Shown here piece by piece: positions 37,598 to 46,503 of a stretch of DNA of 64,000 bases (position 1 is its first letter; the number at the start of each line of letters is the position of its first letter). A model generated the notes under the pieces. It saw only the letters and a list, made by a program, of their open reading frames with translations, did not search any database and was not told the DNA's origin. The stretch is from a virus. Lineage: Duplodnaviria > Caudoviricetes. The stretch spans positions 32,001 through 96,000 of the IMG/VR virus record IMGVR_UViG_3300033068_001957, one strand, 5' to 3'. Position numbers and translations under genes: made by a program.

Positions 37598-39520
37598 ATG
37601 AACAAAAAGAAAATTCTATTCCAAGGTAATGCCTCCTTCCTAAATACTGGCTTCGGCGGAGTAAAAAAAAGAATCATGCGCTGGTTTTTTAAGCGCGGCT
37701 GGGAAGTAATTGAGTGTTTGAATGGAGTTGAATGGGATGATCCTCAGTTAAAAAGACTGCCGTGGAAGGCGTACGGCATGAATCCATCCGCCGAACAAAG
37801 AAATCAGATTCAGTCTATTCAAGACGCTGGACAAAGAGATGGCGCAATGCGTTCTGCCAGTTACGGTCTCTATCGCATTGACGAAGTAATGAGGTTGGAA
37901 AAGCCGCAAATTCAATATTTTCTAGAAGATTCGTGGGGATTTGGAGATATTTATAAAAAACCTTGGGCGCAAAAAACTAATCCATATTTTCATTGCACCA
38001 TAGATTCAAAACCGTTGCTCGATTCTCAAATAGAATTAGGATTACATGCTAAAAATCTTCTAGTATGGGCATCATTTGCAGAACAGCTTTATTATGAGAA
38101 GGGATACACTCACGTAAGAACTTTGCCAGGATGTATTGACCCCGAAGAATTTTATCCAATTCCAGAAGATTGGCGTAATGAGTTAAGAAAGAAATTTAAT
38201 TTACAAGATCAATTTGTTACATTATTTCTCGGAAGATCGCAGTTACGAAAGCAGTTCCCTAATTTATTGGATGGATTTAAGCTTTTTAAAGAAAAGAATC
38301 CTGATATTAAAGCTAAGTTGATATTTCACTGTTCATGGGTTGAGGGATGGCCGCTGCCACAGTTGATTCAAGAAAAGAGTATCGATCCTAATGATGTATT
38401 AACGACTTATTATTGTCGCGCCTGTCGTGGATATGAGATTCGCCCGTTTACTGGTCAACCTCTAGACTGTCCTCTTTGTGGCGCGAAACAGAGTTTTAAT
38501 ACTACTGACATTATGCATGGAGTAGGTGAATCTGACCTATGTGATATCTATGGATTGTCTGATCTAGTAGTTAATCCAATTTCCAGCGGCGGTTTTGAGC
38601 TAAGTAGCTTTCAAGCTAAGATGTGCGGTAAAATATTAGCAACGACATCTTATTCTTGTGGATTGGACGCATGTTCAGAAGAAAGTGCTGGTATTCCTCT
38701 CGATTGGGAAGCATATACGGAACCAAACACGGTTTTTACGAAAAGCACAACAAGGCCATCATCAATTTGTGACGCTATGGAAAAAGTCTATTCCATGCCT
38801 AAAAATGAAAAACTAGCGATGGAAAAGAAGACTAGAGATTTCGCCGTGAACTATTGTTCTACAGATGCAGTTTGCGAAAGGCTAGAAAAAATGTTTCTAG
38901 AACATCCAGACGTAGAACTTTTAGACAGTGATTTCGACCCCCAACCCAAAAACCCCCATTATATCCCGCCAAATGGGTTAAGCCCAGAATCCTTCGCCAT
39001 CGACATCCTTACCAATATGATGCTCGAAAAAGTGGACGCTAACACTTCTCATGTGAAAAATTGGGCCGCGCATCTTCGCAAGTCCAACGATTATCAGGGC
39101 GTTTACAATCATTTCCAAAAGCTGGCGCTGCAATTCAACGCCAATCTTGATAACAAACCAATAGATTTAGGCGACCTACTAGACAAAGATGACGCGCACA
39201 AACGGCTGGCAATCGTAATCCCTGAGAGCGCGGGCGACATCATCATTATTAATTCTTTGCTGAAAAAGTTTAAGGCGCTCTACCCAGAGCAAAACCTTTA
39301 CTTCTTCACGCGGCCCGAATTTTTCCCTCTCCTCGAAGGACATCCCTCTATCTATAAACTTATGGAGTATTCTCCAATTTTAGAAAACATGTTTTTTATG
39401 ACGGGCAATAATGGACATTCTGGTTACTTCACCCATGTCTTCTATCCCCATGCTCTTACTCAAAAAACAATGAGCTATCAAAATGGAAATACCGAAGCGC
39501 GTGCGGAATGGTTAAGTTAA
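37598..39520 (+). CDS. GT4-like glycosyltransferase with Zn-ribbon insert and GT9-like C-terminal domain
   Basis: TGFG, GRSQLRKQFP, CRAC..CPLC, SGGFELS; C-terminal SAGDIII. Confidence 0.75.
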   Translation: MNKKKILFQGNASFLNTGFGGVKKRIMRWFFKRGWEVIECLNGVEWDDPQLKRLPWKAYGMNPSAEQRNQIQSIQDAGQRDGAMRSASYGLYRIDEVMRLEKPQIQYFLEDSWGFGDIYKKPWAQKTNPYFHCTIDSKPLLDSQIELGLHAKNLLVWASFAEQLYYEKGYTHVRTLPGCIDPEEFYPIPEDWRNELRKKFNLQDQFVTLFLGRSQLRKQFPNLLDGFKLFKEKNPDIKAKLIFHCSWVEGWPLPQLIQEKSIDPNDVLTTYYCRACRGYEIRPFTGQPLDCPLCGAKQSFNTTDIMHGVGESDLCDIYGLSDLVVNPISSGGFELSSFQAKMCGKILATTSYSCGLDACSEESAGIPLDWEAYTEPNTVFTKSTTRPSSICDAMEKVYSMPKNEKLAMEKKTRDFAVNYCSTDAVCERLEKMFLEHPDVELLDSDFDPQPKNPHYIPPNGLSPESFAIDILTNMMLEKVDANTSHVKNWAAHLRKSNDYQGVYNHFQKLALQFNANLDNKPIDLGDLLDKDDAHKRLAIVIPESAGDIIIINSLLKKFKALYPEQNLYFFTRPEFFPLLEGHPSIYKLMEYSPILENMFFMTGNNGHSGYFTHVFYPHALTQKTMSYQNGNTEARAEWLS

Positions 39521-39528
39521 TATAATGC

Positions 39529-40683
39529 ATGAATTTAGCCCATGCTTATAGCAACTACCTCGGAGTCGTACCGACTGAACGGCCAATATTAAACGAACAA
39601 TTTTTTCCCCTCAAAGACGAAAAGTTCATTACGATTCACAATGATAGGAAATTAGAATCAAAATTCTTCGAGTATTTTCCAGAAGTTATTTCGCTACTAA
39701 AACCCATTCTTTCTCAACTTGGATATAAGATTTATCAAATCGGCGGGCCAAATGATCCAATTTTAGATGGGACGGATTCTCAGTTTTTGGGTCTATCATG
39801 GCCACAAAGCGTTTATATCCTTAAGCGCAGCAGTCTTCACATAGGTATTGATAGTGCTCCTGTACACATTTCGAGCGCATATGATGTGCCAACGATTATT
39901 TTATATAGTCACATATATAGCCAACAAGCTCGCCCGATTTGGGCCGACCCGAAAAAGACAATCATTCTAGAACCAGACTGGGGCGATAAAAAACCCTCCT
40001 ATTCCCCCGTCGAAAACCCAAAAATGATTCGCACAATCAAAGTCGAATCAATCGTCCAATCGGCATTCAAGCTTCTCGATATTGATGTAAAGCTGGACAT
40101 GAAAACCCTCCGTGTCGGTAATGATTACCACGAAGCGGTTATGGAAATTATACCAGACTTTTTCGCCGAAAATCCCGCGTTAAAGAATGGGCTTTTACAT
40201 TTTAGAATGGATTTAACCCACAATGAGCCATGTCTCTTTCATTGGTTGAAAAGCGGTTATCGGGCGAATATTATTACCAGCAAACCAATTGATGTTGCCG
40301 CGCTAAAACAATTCAAGTCGCAAATTCATCGCATTACTTTAATCGCCGAAAATACAGACTCTTACACGCTCGATTACGTAAAAAACGTAAAAAGTCTTGG
40401 CCTAGATGTTTTGATGATGGGGCCGAATAAAGAAACCCTTCCTTGGGTGCGCGAGAAGTTTTTCGATTATTCTGTTGAAAGTTTGGACTATCCAGAACGT
40501 TCTCTTGTTGACAAGATTCCGCCGTATGCTAAATTCTTCTCCAAGAAACAAGTCCATAGCAACGGCAAAATCTTTCCTAGCATCGCCCATTATAAGCAAA
40601 ATTTGTGTTTTGCAAAATCGAATAGGATTATAGATTCGCAAGAATTCTGGTTAGATATAGAATATTTTTATTTTTACCTATAA
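39529..40683 (+). CDS. GT9-like glycosyltransferase; last 29 codons apparently supplied by the tnpB cassette
   Basis: IYQIGG, LHIGIDSAPVHISSAYDVPTIILY. Confidence 0.8.
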   Translation: MNLAHAYSNYLGVVPTERPILNEQFFPLKDEKFITIHNDRKLESKFFEYFPEVISLLKPILSQLGYKIYQIGGPNDPILDGTDSQFLGLSWPQSVYILKRSSLHIGIDSAPVHISSAYDVPTIILYSHIYSQQARPIWADPKKTIILEPDWGDKKPSYSPVENPKMIRTIKVESIVQSAFKLLDIDVKLDMKTLRVGNDYHEAVMEIIPDFFAENPALKNGLLHFRMDLTHNEPCLFHWLKSGYRANIITSKPIDVAALKQFKSQIHRITLIAENTDSYTLDYVKNVKSLGLDVLMMGPNKETLPWVREKFFDYSVESLDYPERSLVDKIPPYAKFFSKKQVHSNGKIFPSIAHYKQNLCFAKSNRIIDSQEFWLDIEYFYFYL

Positions 40684-40725
40684 AGGGAGAATTTTAGTAA
40701 AAATAAGTAATTTTTCTAAAATCAA

Positions 40726-40731
40726 GTGTAA
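40726..40731 (+). promoter_or_regulatory. phage-specific GTGTAA promoter motif (representative copy, in front of tnpB)
   Basis: Same motif 8-30 nt before starts at 9709, 20904, 24557, 35712, 36274, 52550, 53722, and also at 57451. Confidence 0.65.
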
Positions 40732-40741
40732 TATACTATGA

Positions 40742-41908
40742 GTGACACATCGCGCATATAAATTCCGAATCTATCCGACTTCAGAACAGGAAGTTCTTTT
40801 ACGAAGGACTATTGGTAGCTGCCGCTATATTTATAATTGGGCGCTGAATATGAAAAGGGAGGAATGGGTTCAAAATAAAAAAAATCTATCTTATGCTAAA
40901 GTATGCAAATCCTTGACGGAAACGAAAAAGGTGCTGGATTATAATTGGCTTAATAATGTATCAAGTGTTTGCTTGCAGCAGTCATTGAGAAACTTAGATG
41001 TTGCATTTGTTAATTTCTTTAAAAAACGCGCTTCTTATCCAAGTTTTAAATGTCGTAAAAATGGCGGTTCTGCGCGCTTCCTTCAAAATGCATTTCGGAT
41101 TAATGGAGATAATTTATTTCTTGCAAAGATTGAATCTCCGATTAAAGTCTCTTGGACGCGAAAGTTAAATGGGAAATCTAACCAATGTGTTGTCTCTCAA
41201 AACGCTGCTGGCCAATGGTTCGCCTCATTTCTTTATGAAGAAGAGATTGAAAAATTAGCGCCGCTAGATAAAGATGTCGGTATTGACTTGGGGATCGAAA
41301 CGTTCGCGTCAACCTCAGACGGGCAAAAGTATGGACAGCCTAAGCGCATTCGTCGATTGAGAAAGAAGTTGGCGCGTTTGCAACGCCAGCATTCTCGCAA
41401 GATTAAGGGTTCAAAGAACCGTGAAAAGGCTCGCCTCAAGGTTGCCCGTTTGCACCAGCACATTTCAGATGTGCGCAAAGATTTTCTTCATAAGCTTTCC
41501 ACAAAACTCATTCGTGAAAACCAAACGATTGCGTTGGAGGATTTGGCCGTTAAAAACATGGTTAAGAATCGTAAACTTTCTCGCTGTATCAGCGAACAAG
41601 GCTGGCGAATATTCCGAAATATGTTAAAGTATAAGGCTGAGTGGTATGGGCGAGAATTGGTCATCATTGACCGATTCTACCCGAGCAGCAAGACGTGCTC
41701 TTGCTGCGGAAGAAAAACAAATCTTTCGCTTGACAAACGAAAGTGGACATGCGAATGTGGTGTTACGCATGACCGAGACATTAACGCCGCCAAGAATATT
41801 CTCGCCGCTGGACAAGCGGTGCCATTTGCCTGTGGAGCAGACACAAGACCATCGAAGAACTACGTTCTTCGGGGCAGTCCGCGACGAAGCAGGAAACCTA
41901 AAGCGTGA
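40742..41908 (+). CDS. tnpB: TnpB RNA-guided endonuclease, RuvC triad intact
   Basis: AYKFRIYPT, GIDLG (D), ALEDL (E), PSSKTCSCCG..CECG..HDRDINAAKNI (D). Confidence 0.95.
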   Translation: MTHRAYKFRIYPTSEQEVLLRRTIGSCRYIYNWALNMKREEWVQNKKNLSYAKVCKSLTETKKVLDYNWLNNVSSVCLQQSLRNLDVAFVNFFKKRASYPSFKCRKNGGSARFLQNAFRINGDNLFLAKIESPIKVSWTRKLNGKSNQCVVSQNAAGQWFASFLYEEEIEKLAPLDKDVGIDLGIETFASTSDGQKYGQPKRIRRLRKKLARLQRQHSRKIKGSKNREKARLKVARLHQHISDVRKDFLHKLSTKLIRENQTIALEDLAVKNMVKNRKLSRCISEQGWRIFRNMLKYKAEWYGRELVIIDRFYPSSKTCSCCGRKTNLSLDKRKWTCECGVTHDRDINAAKNILAAGQAVPFACGADTRPSKNYVLRGSPRRSRKPKA

Positions 41909-41968
41909 GCTAAAGAATCTTTGTCATTCGTGGCAAAGAGAATGTCAAAAGCAAAACATTCCATTCTC
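41790..41968 (+). ncRNA. predicted omegaRNA (reRNA) scaffold overlapping the tnpB 3' end, plus ~20-nt guide AAGCAAAACATTCCATTCTC (41949-41968); 5' boundary approximate
   Basis: Right-end hairpin CTTTGTCA-TTCG-TGGCAAAG followed by AGAATGTCAA, the typical IS605 right-end layout. Confidence 0.7.
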
Positions 41969-42038
41969 GAAAGCCAATAGAATAATTGATAGTGATGATT
42001 TTTGGCTTGATATTGAGTATTATTACTTCTATCTTTAA
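41949..42038 (+). pseudogene. displaced original 3' end (29 codons + TAA) of the GT9-like gene
   Basis: KQNIPFSKANRIIDSDDFWLDIEYYYFYL* vs KQNLCFAKSNRIIDSQEFWLDIEYFYFYL* at 40594-40683. Confidence 0.85.
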
Positions 42039-42041
42039 TTT

Positions 42042-42884
42042 ATGACCGATACGACATCTGCCACTCCCGAGCAAGAAACAACCGCATTTCCAATTAGCAA
42101 TCCAAAATACAAAGATGGCCCAGAAAAACTTCGCCGTAATGAATATGGGTTGTTTGAGAATGTTGATTACAAATATACTCCAGATGGATTCGTTGACTGG
42201 AAATCCATGATCAATCCAAAGTTCCTCTACCCCAACAAGGCGTGGTTTGAGCGAAACAATAAACCAATCCCAGATTCCATTGATGGCCTACAGGATCATC
42301 AAATCATTTGCAAACTTGGCGGGTATAAAGAATTGGCGCGGCTTCGCGGGTTTTCCAACGTAGAATATAAGCTGGAATACCTTGAAAACGGCGTATCATG
42401 TATTTGCACTATTACATGGATTCCGAACTACGAAACAGCGGTTCATTCCGAAAACAAATATTCGTTTGCTGACACTGTAACATTTTCATCTATTGCTAAT
42501 TCTACCTCAGAGAATTGCGGCGATTCTTCGTCTTCGTTCTCCATGGCGATCTTTAAGGAAACGCAAGCCGAAAATCGTTCGTTTGTTCGCTGTGTTCGCA
42601 ATTTCTTAAACGTCAATGTCGTAGGAGAAGATGAAATTAGCAAAGGCGAAGATTCTACGGCAAAAGCCAATCAGGCTCAAACAAGCGGCCCAGACGCCCT
42701 GAATCCGCGCAAAAATCTAGAATCTCAAGCCCTTAAGAGAGGATACAAGACATTGGCCGATCTAAAAGCCTTCTTGAAGACAAAAAATTATACACCCAAA
42801 GAAAAAACCCCGACCCCATGGGCAAGTTATGACGACATTCCAGTTAGCGAATGCTGGAAAATTAGCCAATTGATTAACGAATAG
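42042..42884 (+). CDS. conserved phage protein (possible ssDNA-annealing protein)
   Basis: Long ORF; AENRSFVRCVRNFL resembles the AExRAxxRA motif of annealing proteins. Confidence 0.45.
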   Translation: MTDTTSATPEQETTAFPISNPKYKDGPEKLRRNEYGLFENVDYKYTPDGFVDWKSMINPKFLYPNKAWFERNNKPIPDSIDGLQDHQIICKLGGYKELARLRGFSNVEYKLEYLENGVSCICTITWIPNYETAVHSENKYSFADTVTFSSIANSTSENCGDSSSSFSMAIFKETQAENRSFVRCVRNFLNVNVVGEDEISKGEDSTAKANQAQTSGPDALNPRKNLESQALKRGYKTLADLKAFLKTKNYTPKEKTPTPWASYDDIPVSECWKISQLINE

Positions 42885-43195
42885 TATGGATACTAGACTT
42901 TTTAACATGCGGAAGATGGTATTTTGGGTTGGGTTTTTTACGTTTTTATGCTTTTTGTCCCATGATTATCATGCCTTGGAAATGAAGAAATTAGATGCCC
43001 CGAAACAAGACGCGCCTAGTATTTTCGAGAATCTTTATCCCCTGCCAGAACTTGATTTGAAGCCTTGGATTCTGCCCGAATCTCCGCCGAAATTAGACCC
43101 TCACGATAAAAATTCGGCATGATCTATTTACTATGTATTATGATGGCGCTGATTGGTCTTGGGTTGTTGATTAATGGTTGGCATTCTGATTAAAT

Positions 43196-43639
43196 GTGAA
43201 TGTTCATAAAATTACCAATCCCGCTGATTATCTTAAGTTACTCGATAATTTGGAACAACTTTGGGATTTTGAAAATGAAAATCTTGGTCACATCTTTAAA
43301 ATCGACAAAGCAAGTCTCGCCCAAATAGCAAACGCGCAACTTCTTACTTGGGAATATCATGTTTGGTCCAACGAAAAACTTGATTCAATTATTATGTTTC
43401 AAGGCGGATGGAACCTACTACACGGGAAAAAGTCATTCCAAGAGATAATCTGGCTATCTAAATCAAATTGCGGCCTAAAATTATTGAACGCCGCCCTTGA
43501 CTTTGCTAAGAATCAACGGTATGATATTGTTGTGATGGGATCGGTGGTCAAAGCCCACAATCCAAAATTAGACAAATTATACCAAAAACTAAAACTCCAG
43601 AAAGACGGCGAAATATGGGTGGGGAAAATTGGTATATGA
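43196..43639 (+). CDS. GNAT-fold-like protein
   Basis: EIIWLS..GLKLLNAALDFAK..KLYQKL. Confidence 0.5.
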   Translation: MNVHKITNPADYLKLLDNLEQLWDFENENLGHIFKIDKASLAQIANAQLLTWEYHVWSNEKLDSIIMFQGGWNLLHGKKSFQEIIWLSKSNCGLKLLNAALDFAKNQRYDIVVMGSVVKAHNPKLDKLYQKLKLQKDGEIWVGKIGI

Positions 43640-43807
43640 CTCTCGAACAATTCAAAGAAGATTTCGACGCCAAAATGACTGGTCTGACTGACGAAGAACT
43701 CATGGATAGGCTCCGAGCAGTTGGTTGTAAATTTGAAGGCGACGAAGATTTAGAAAAAAAAGACAGTCAAGAACAATACAAAGAAAGTCTAAAACACGAC
43801 TATTAAC

Positions 43808-44485
43808 ATGATTAAATTAATTTCCATTACAAAACCGCTCGTTGAAGGAATCGAAACGGCTAACAGCCTTATTGCTTATTGCGCTCGAATTAGTTCTCCC
43901 CAAAATCAATTAAATGTTGATACTGCTGATAAGCTTCTTAGATATTGTCTAAAACATAAGCACTTTTCGATCTTTGAGCAAGTATCGTGTGGTTTCGAGA
44001 TTGAGACGACGAGAGATATTGGACGGCAGATTTTGCGGCACAAATCCTTTTCATTTCAAGAATTTAGTCAAAGATATGCGCAAGCTGCGGAAGAGCCAAT
44101 CTTTAGAGAATGTAGAACTCAAGACTCTAAAAATCGTCAATCAAGCAACCCATCTACAGATTTTGGATTAATTGACTGGTGGACAGATACTCAGGACAAG
44201 GTTTTTGCGGATGCATACGCTGAATATGAGAGAGCTTTAGAAAAAGGAATCGCAAAAGAACAAGCTCGTGCTTTACTTCCAGAAGGGATGATTAAAACTA
44301 GGATGTTTGTTACTGGAAATCTAAGATCATTTATTACTTGGATCATGGTTCGGGCTGGAAAAGAAACACAAAAAGAACATCGTGATATTGCAAAATCTGC
44401 CGCCAAAATTCTTGAAGAACACTTCCCGTTTCTAAAAGAAGTATTTTTAGAAATCTACAGCGACGAATATTCAGCAGAAAGTTAG
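43808..44485 (+). CDS. thyX: flavin-dependent thymidylate synthase
   Basis: HFSIFE, RQILRHKSFSFQEFSQRYA, EQARALLP, QKEHR. Confidence 0.95.
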   Translation: MIKLISITKPLVEGIETANSLIAYCARISSPQNQLNVDTADKLLRYCLKHKHFSIFEQVSCGFEIETTRDIGRQILRHKSFSFQEFSQRYAQAAEEPIFRECRTQDSKNRQSSNPSTDFGLIDWWTDTQDKVFADAYAEYERALEKGIAKEQARALLPEGMIKTRMFVTGNLRSFITWIMVRAGKETQKEHRDIAKSAAKILEEHFPFLKEVFLEIYSDEYSAES

Positions 44486-44493
44486 TATAAAAC

Positions 44494-44661
44494 ATGAGAA
44501 AATCTACCGCCAAGAAAATCCGCGCCATTGTTAAGCCAGTTGATTCTATTACGCGCCGAGTTTATCGGCGGCTGAAAAAATCCTACGTCAGTCTTTCCAA
44601 GGAAGAAAAGAAGCGTTTCTTTGAAAGTGCTGGAAAAGTTTTCTCTAATACTGAGTCATAG
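44494..44661 (+). CDS. 55-aa basic protein (not in ORF track)
   Basis: MRKSTAKKIR..RRVYRRLKKSY; preceded by AGTTAGTATAA. Confidence 0.6.
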   Translation: MRKSTAKKIRAIVKPVDSITRRVYRRLKKSYVSLSKEEKKRFFESAGKVFSNTES

Positions 44662-45271
44662 TAGCCCAAGAACCGCTGCATAGCGCAACAGTATTAATAC
44701 CGCTGCTCTCCTTGCCAGCATAGAGAGAGATAGAATTCGTTGTTGGAGAATTCACAAGAAGAACATTGAGCGTAATCAATCTTCTATCCGTTGCTCCATG
44801 GAAGTGTCCATGTAAATCATATCCAGAAATAATAAAACCCTCTGGACTATTATTGAAATCATCAATAATGCCATTCCCAGCGAAAAATGGGCAAGGGTTT
44901 GCACCGCTTAATGCAACACTAATTCCTTCTGAGGTGGAAGATCCGCTATATTGCAGGCGATATTCTAATTTATAAGTTTTATTTGCGGCTAAAGGAAAAG
45001 TTAGACCAGTGACAAGCCCAGTAATATATTGAACTGGGAAATCGCCAGTTAAATAATTAGCTATAAATCTTCCAGTAACTTCTGCGCGAGTAATTACCTC
45101 TTCCGATCTTCCATTGTAGATGACTTCTTGGGAATATCCATAACCCGTGCCAGTAAGATAGATATTCCTAAACGATTGGGCAGATGATCCCAAATTTCCA
45201 GTATTAGTAGAAAAGAAATCGCCCGAAACATATTCAGGCCCGATAACGAAAAAAGTTGATTGCGCGTTCAT
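44645..45271 (-). CDS. putative tail/virion protein
   Basis: Downstream of the tail-tip operon; TG/SG-rich. Confidence 0.6.
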   Translation of the reverse strand: MNAQSTFFVIGPEYVSGDFFSTNTGNLGSSAQSFRNIYLTGTGYGYSQEVIYNGRSEEVITRAEVTGRFIANYLTGDFPVQYITGLVTGLTFPLAANKTYKLEYRLQYSGSSTSEGISVALSGANPCPFFAGNGIIDDFNNSPEGFIISGYDLHGHFHGATDRRLITLNVLLVNSPTTNSISLYAGKESSGINTVALCSGSWATMTQY

Positions 45272-46503
45272 TAGAGAATAGTGCGTAGAAGTTTAAAAGT
45301 TCCAGTTGGATAATTTACTCTTGCCAACAAGCAAAGAGCGCCGCTGCCACTAATATAACCAGAGCCAGAGACAATGAACTGAGCCGTTTGCGCATTGTCA
45401 CTAACAGCATATTCTGAATATCTAATTCCCGTTAAGGCAGTACCAGTTCTAGATGTGCTATTATCCGTGATTAATATTTCTCGGCTAGAAACATTCCCTG
45501 TTCCATCTGTTATTTGGGCTAAATATTTAACAGTTCTGAATGGATAAGTTTGATTTTGGGTGAAGTCACCACTGGCATCCACATTATACCATCCATGCAA
45601 ATTAACGTTCCCAGAGGTATTTAGCAGCCCATCAATAATAGTATATCCAGTGCCAGTGATATTGCCGTAGTGATATGTCTCGATGCAGTAGTTGCCGTCA
45701 TTCAATAAAATGATGTTTTTCCCCGTCACATTGTTAACCGTAAATGCAGGAGCTACAACAGAATACATTTTACCGCTGATCGGCGGCGAAGAATAAAGCG
45801 TCCCAGAACCAAAGTTGTCGTAGGGAAGAATCTTATAAAAATAAAACCTATCATCGAACGGTTGTTCGCCATCATTAATTGTGAGAGTATATTTTTGCTT
45901 TTGCTCAAAGATTGAGATGCTTTTCATTCTATTTGCGCCAGCACCAGTACCAGTCACGACGGCAAAATTAGAGGCATTACCAGTATAAATTTCAAACTTT
46001 GATACAGAATAGTAAGAACTATTTGCCATCGTAAGATTAATATCAATAGTGCCAGTCCTGTTCCTAGTGGTGCCGCTAATCAATCTTCCATCTAAAACTC
46101 CAGATATTCCAGAGACTTGAGCTTCATTATGATAAACATTAAATCGACCTGATGAAGTTGTCGCTGGAGATTCTTCCGACAACTTGAATACTAAAGAATA
46201 TTGTCGTTGAGGAACACCGCTAAAAGCCAAAAGATTGTCTTCGTAGGTGAATGTATAGTTTGGGTCTTTTTTGCCTGTGTCGAAATTAAGCCCATATGGA
46301 GCGATGGTTCCATTAGAATAGCGAACATCGACATTATAGGATAGATTATTTTGATTAGAGTATTGATCTCTACTAGAGACATTTAATCCATATTTATCTA
46401 TAGCAAGAATATTAAATTTTGGTGAAGAGCTTAAGGAGTAGCCAGCGCCAGTCCCAAGCGCTGGTGGAGTTGCGTATTTAAATGTTTGAGCGGCAGAATA
46501 CAT
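45271..46503 (-). CDS. putative tail-associated protein
   Basis: Follows gpJ; beta-rich, contains FYKILPYDNFGSG. Confidence 0.65.
   Translation of the reverse strand: MYSAAQTFKYATPPALGTGAGYSLSSSPKFNILAIDKYGLNVSSRDQYSNQNNLSYNVDVRYSNGTIAPYGLNFDTGKKDPNYTFTYEDNLLAFSGVPQRQYSLVFKLSEESPATTSSGRFNVYHNEAQVSGISGVLDGRLISGTTRNRTGTIDINLTMANSSYYSVSKFEIYTGNASNFAVVTGTGAGANRMKSISIFEQKQKYTLTINDGEQPFDDRFYFYKILPYDNFGSGTLYSSPPISGKMYSVVAPAFTVNNVTGKNIILLNDGNYCIETYHYGNITGTGYTIIDGLLNTSGNVNLHGWYNVDASGDFTQNQTYPFRTVKYLAQITDGTGNVSSREILITDNSTSRTGTALTGIRYSEYAVSDNAQTAQFIVSGSGYISGSGALCLLARVNYPTGTFKLLRTIL

Larger units (their letters stand above)
40594..41948 (+). mobile_element. tnpA-less TnpB cassette (IS200/IS605-derived) carrying a recoded 3' end of its host gene
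   Basis: Begins after TTAT (40590-40593); ends at the IS605-type right end ...GAATGTCAA (41948); flanked by two 90-nt paralogous gene tails. Confidence 0.8.

Noticed and set aside
40594-41948. IStron (group I intron + tnpB)
   Set aside because: Only ~58 nt separate the host stop codon from tnpB, leaving no room for a ribozyme core; the gene is completed by the coding tail instead
40594-42038. Flanking 90-nt repeats as a target-site duplication or assembly artefact
   Set aside because: Only ~67% nt identity with mostly synonymous differences; IS200/IS605 elements do not make target duplications
41646-42038. 130-aa ORF overlapping tnpB
   Set aside because: An alternative frame running into the displaced tail; only the last 29 codons are meaningful
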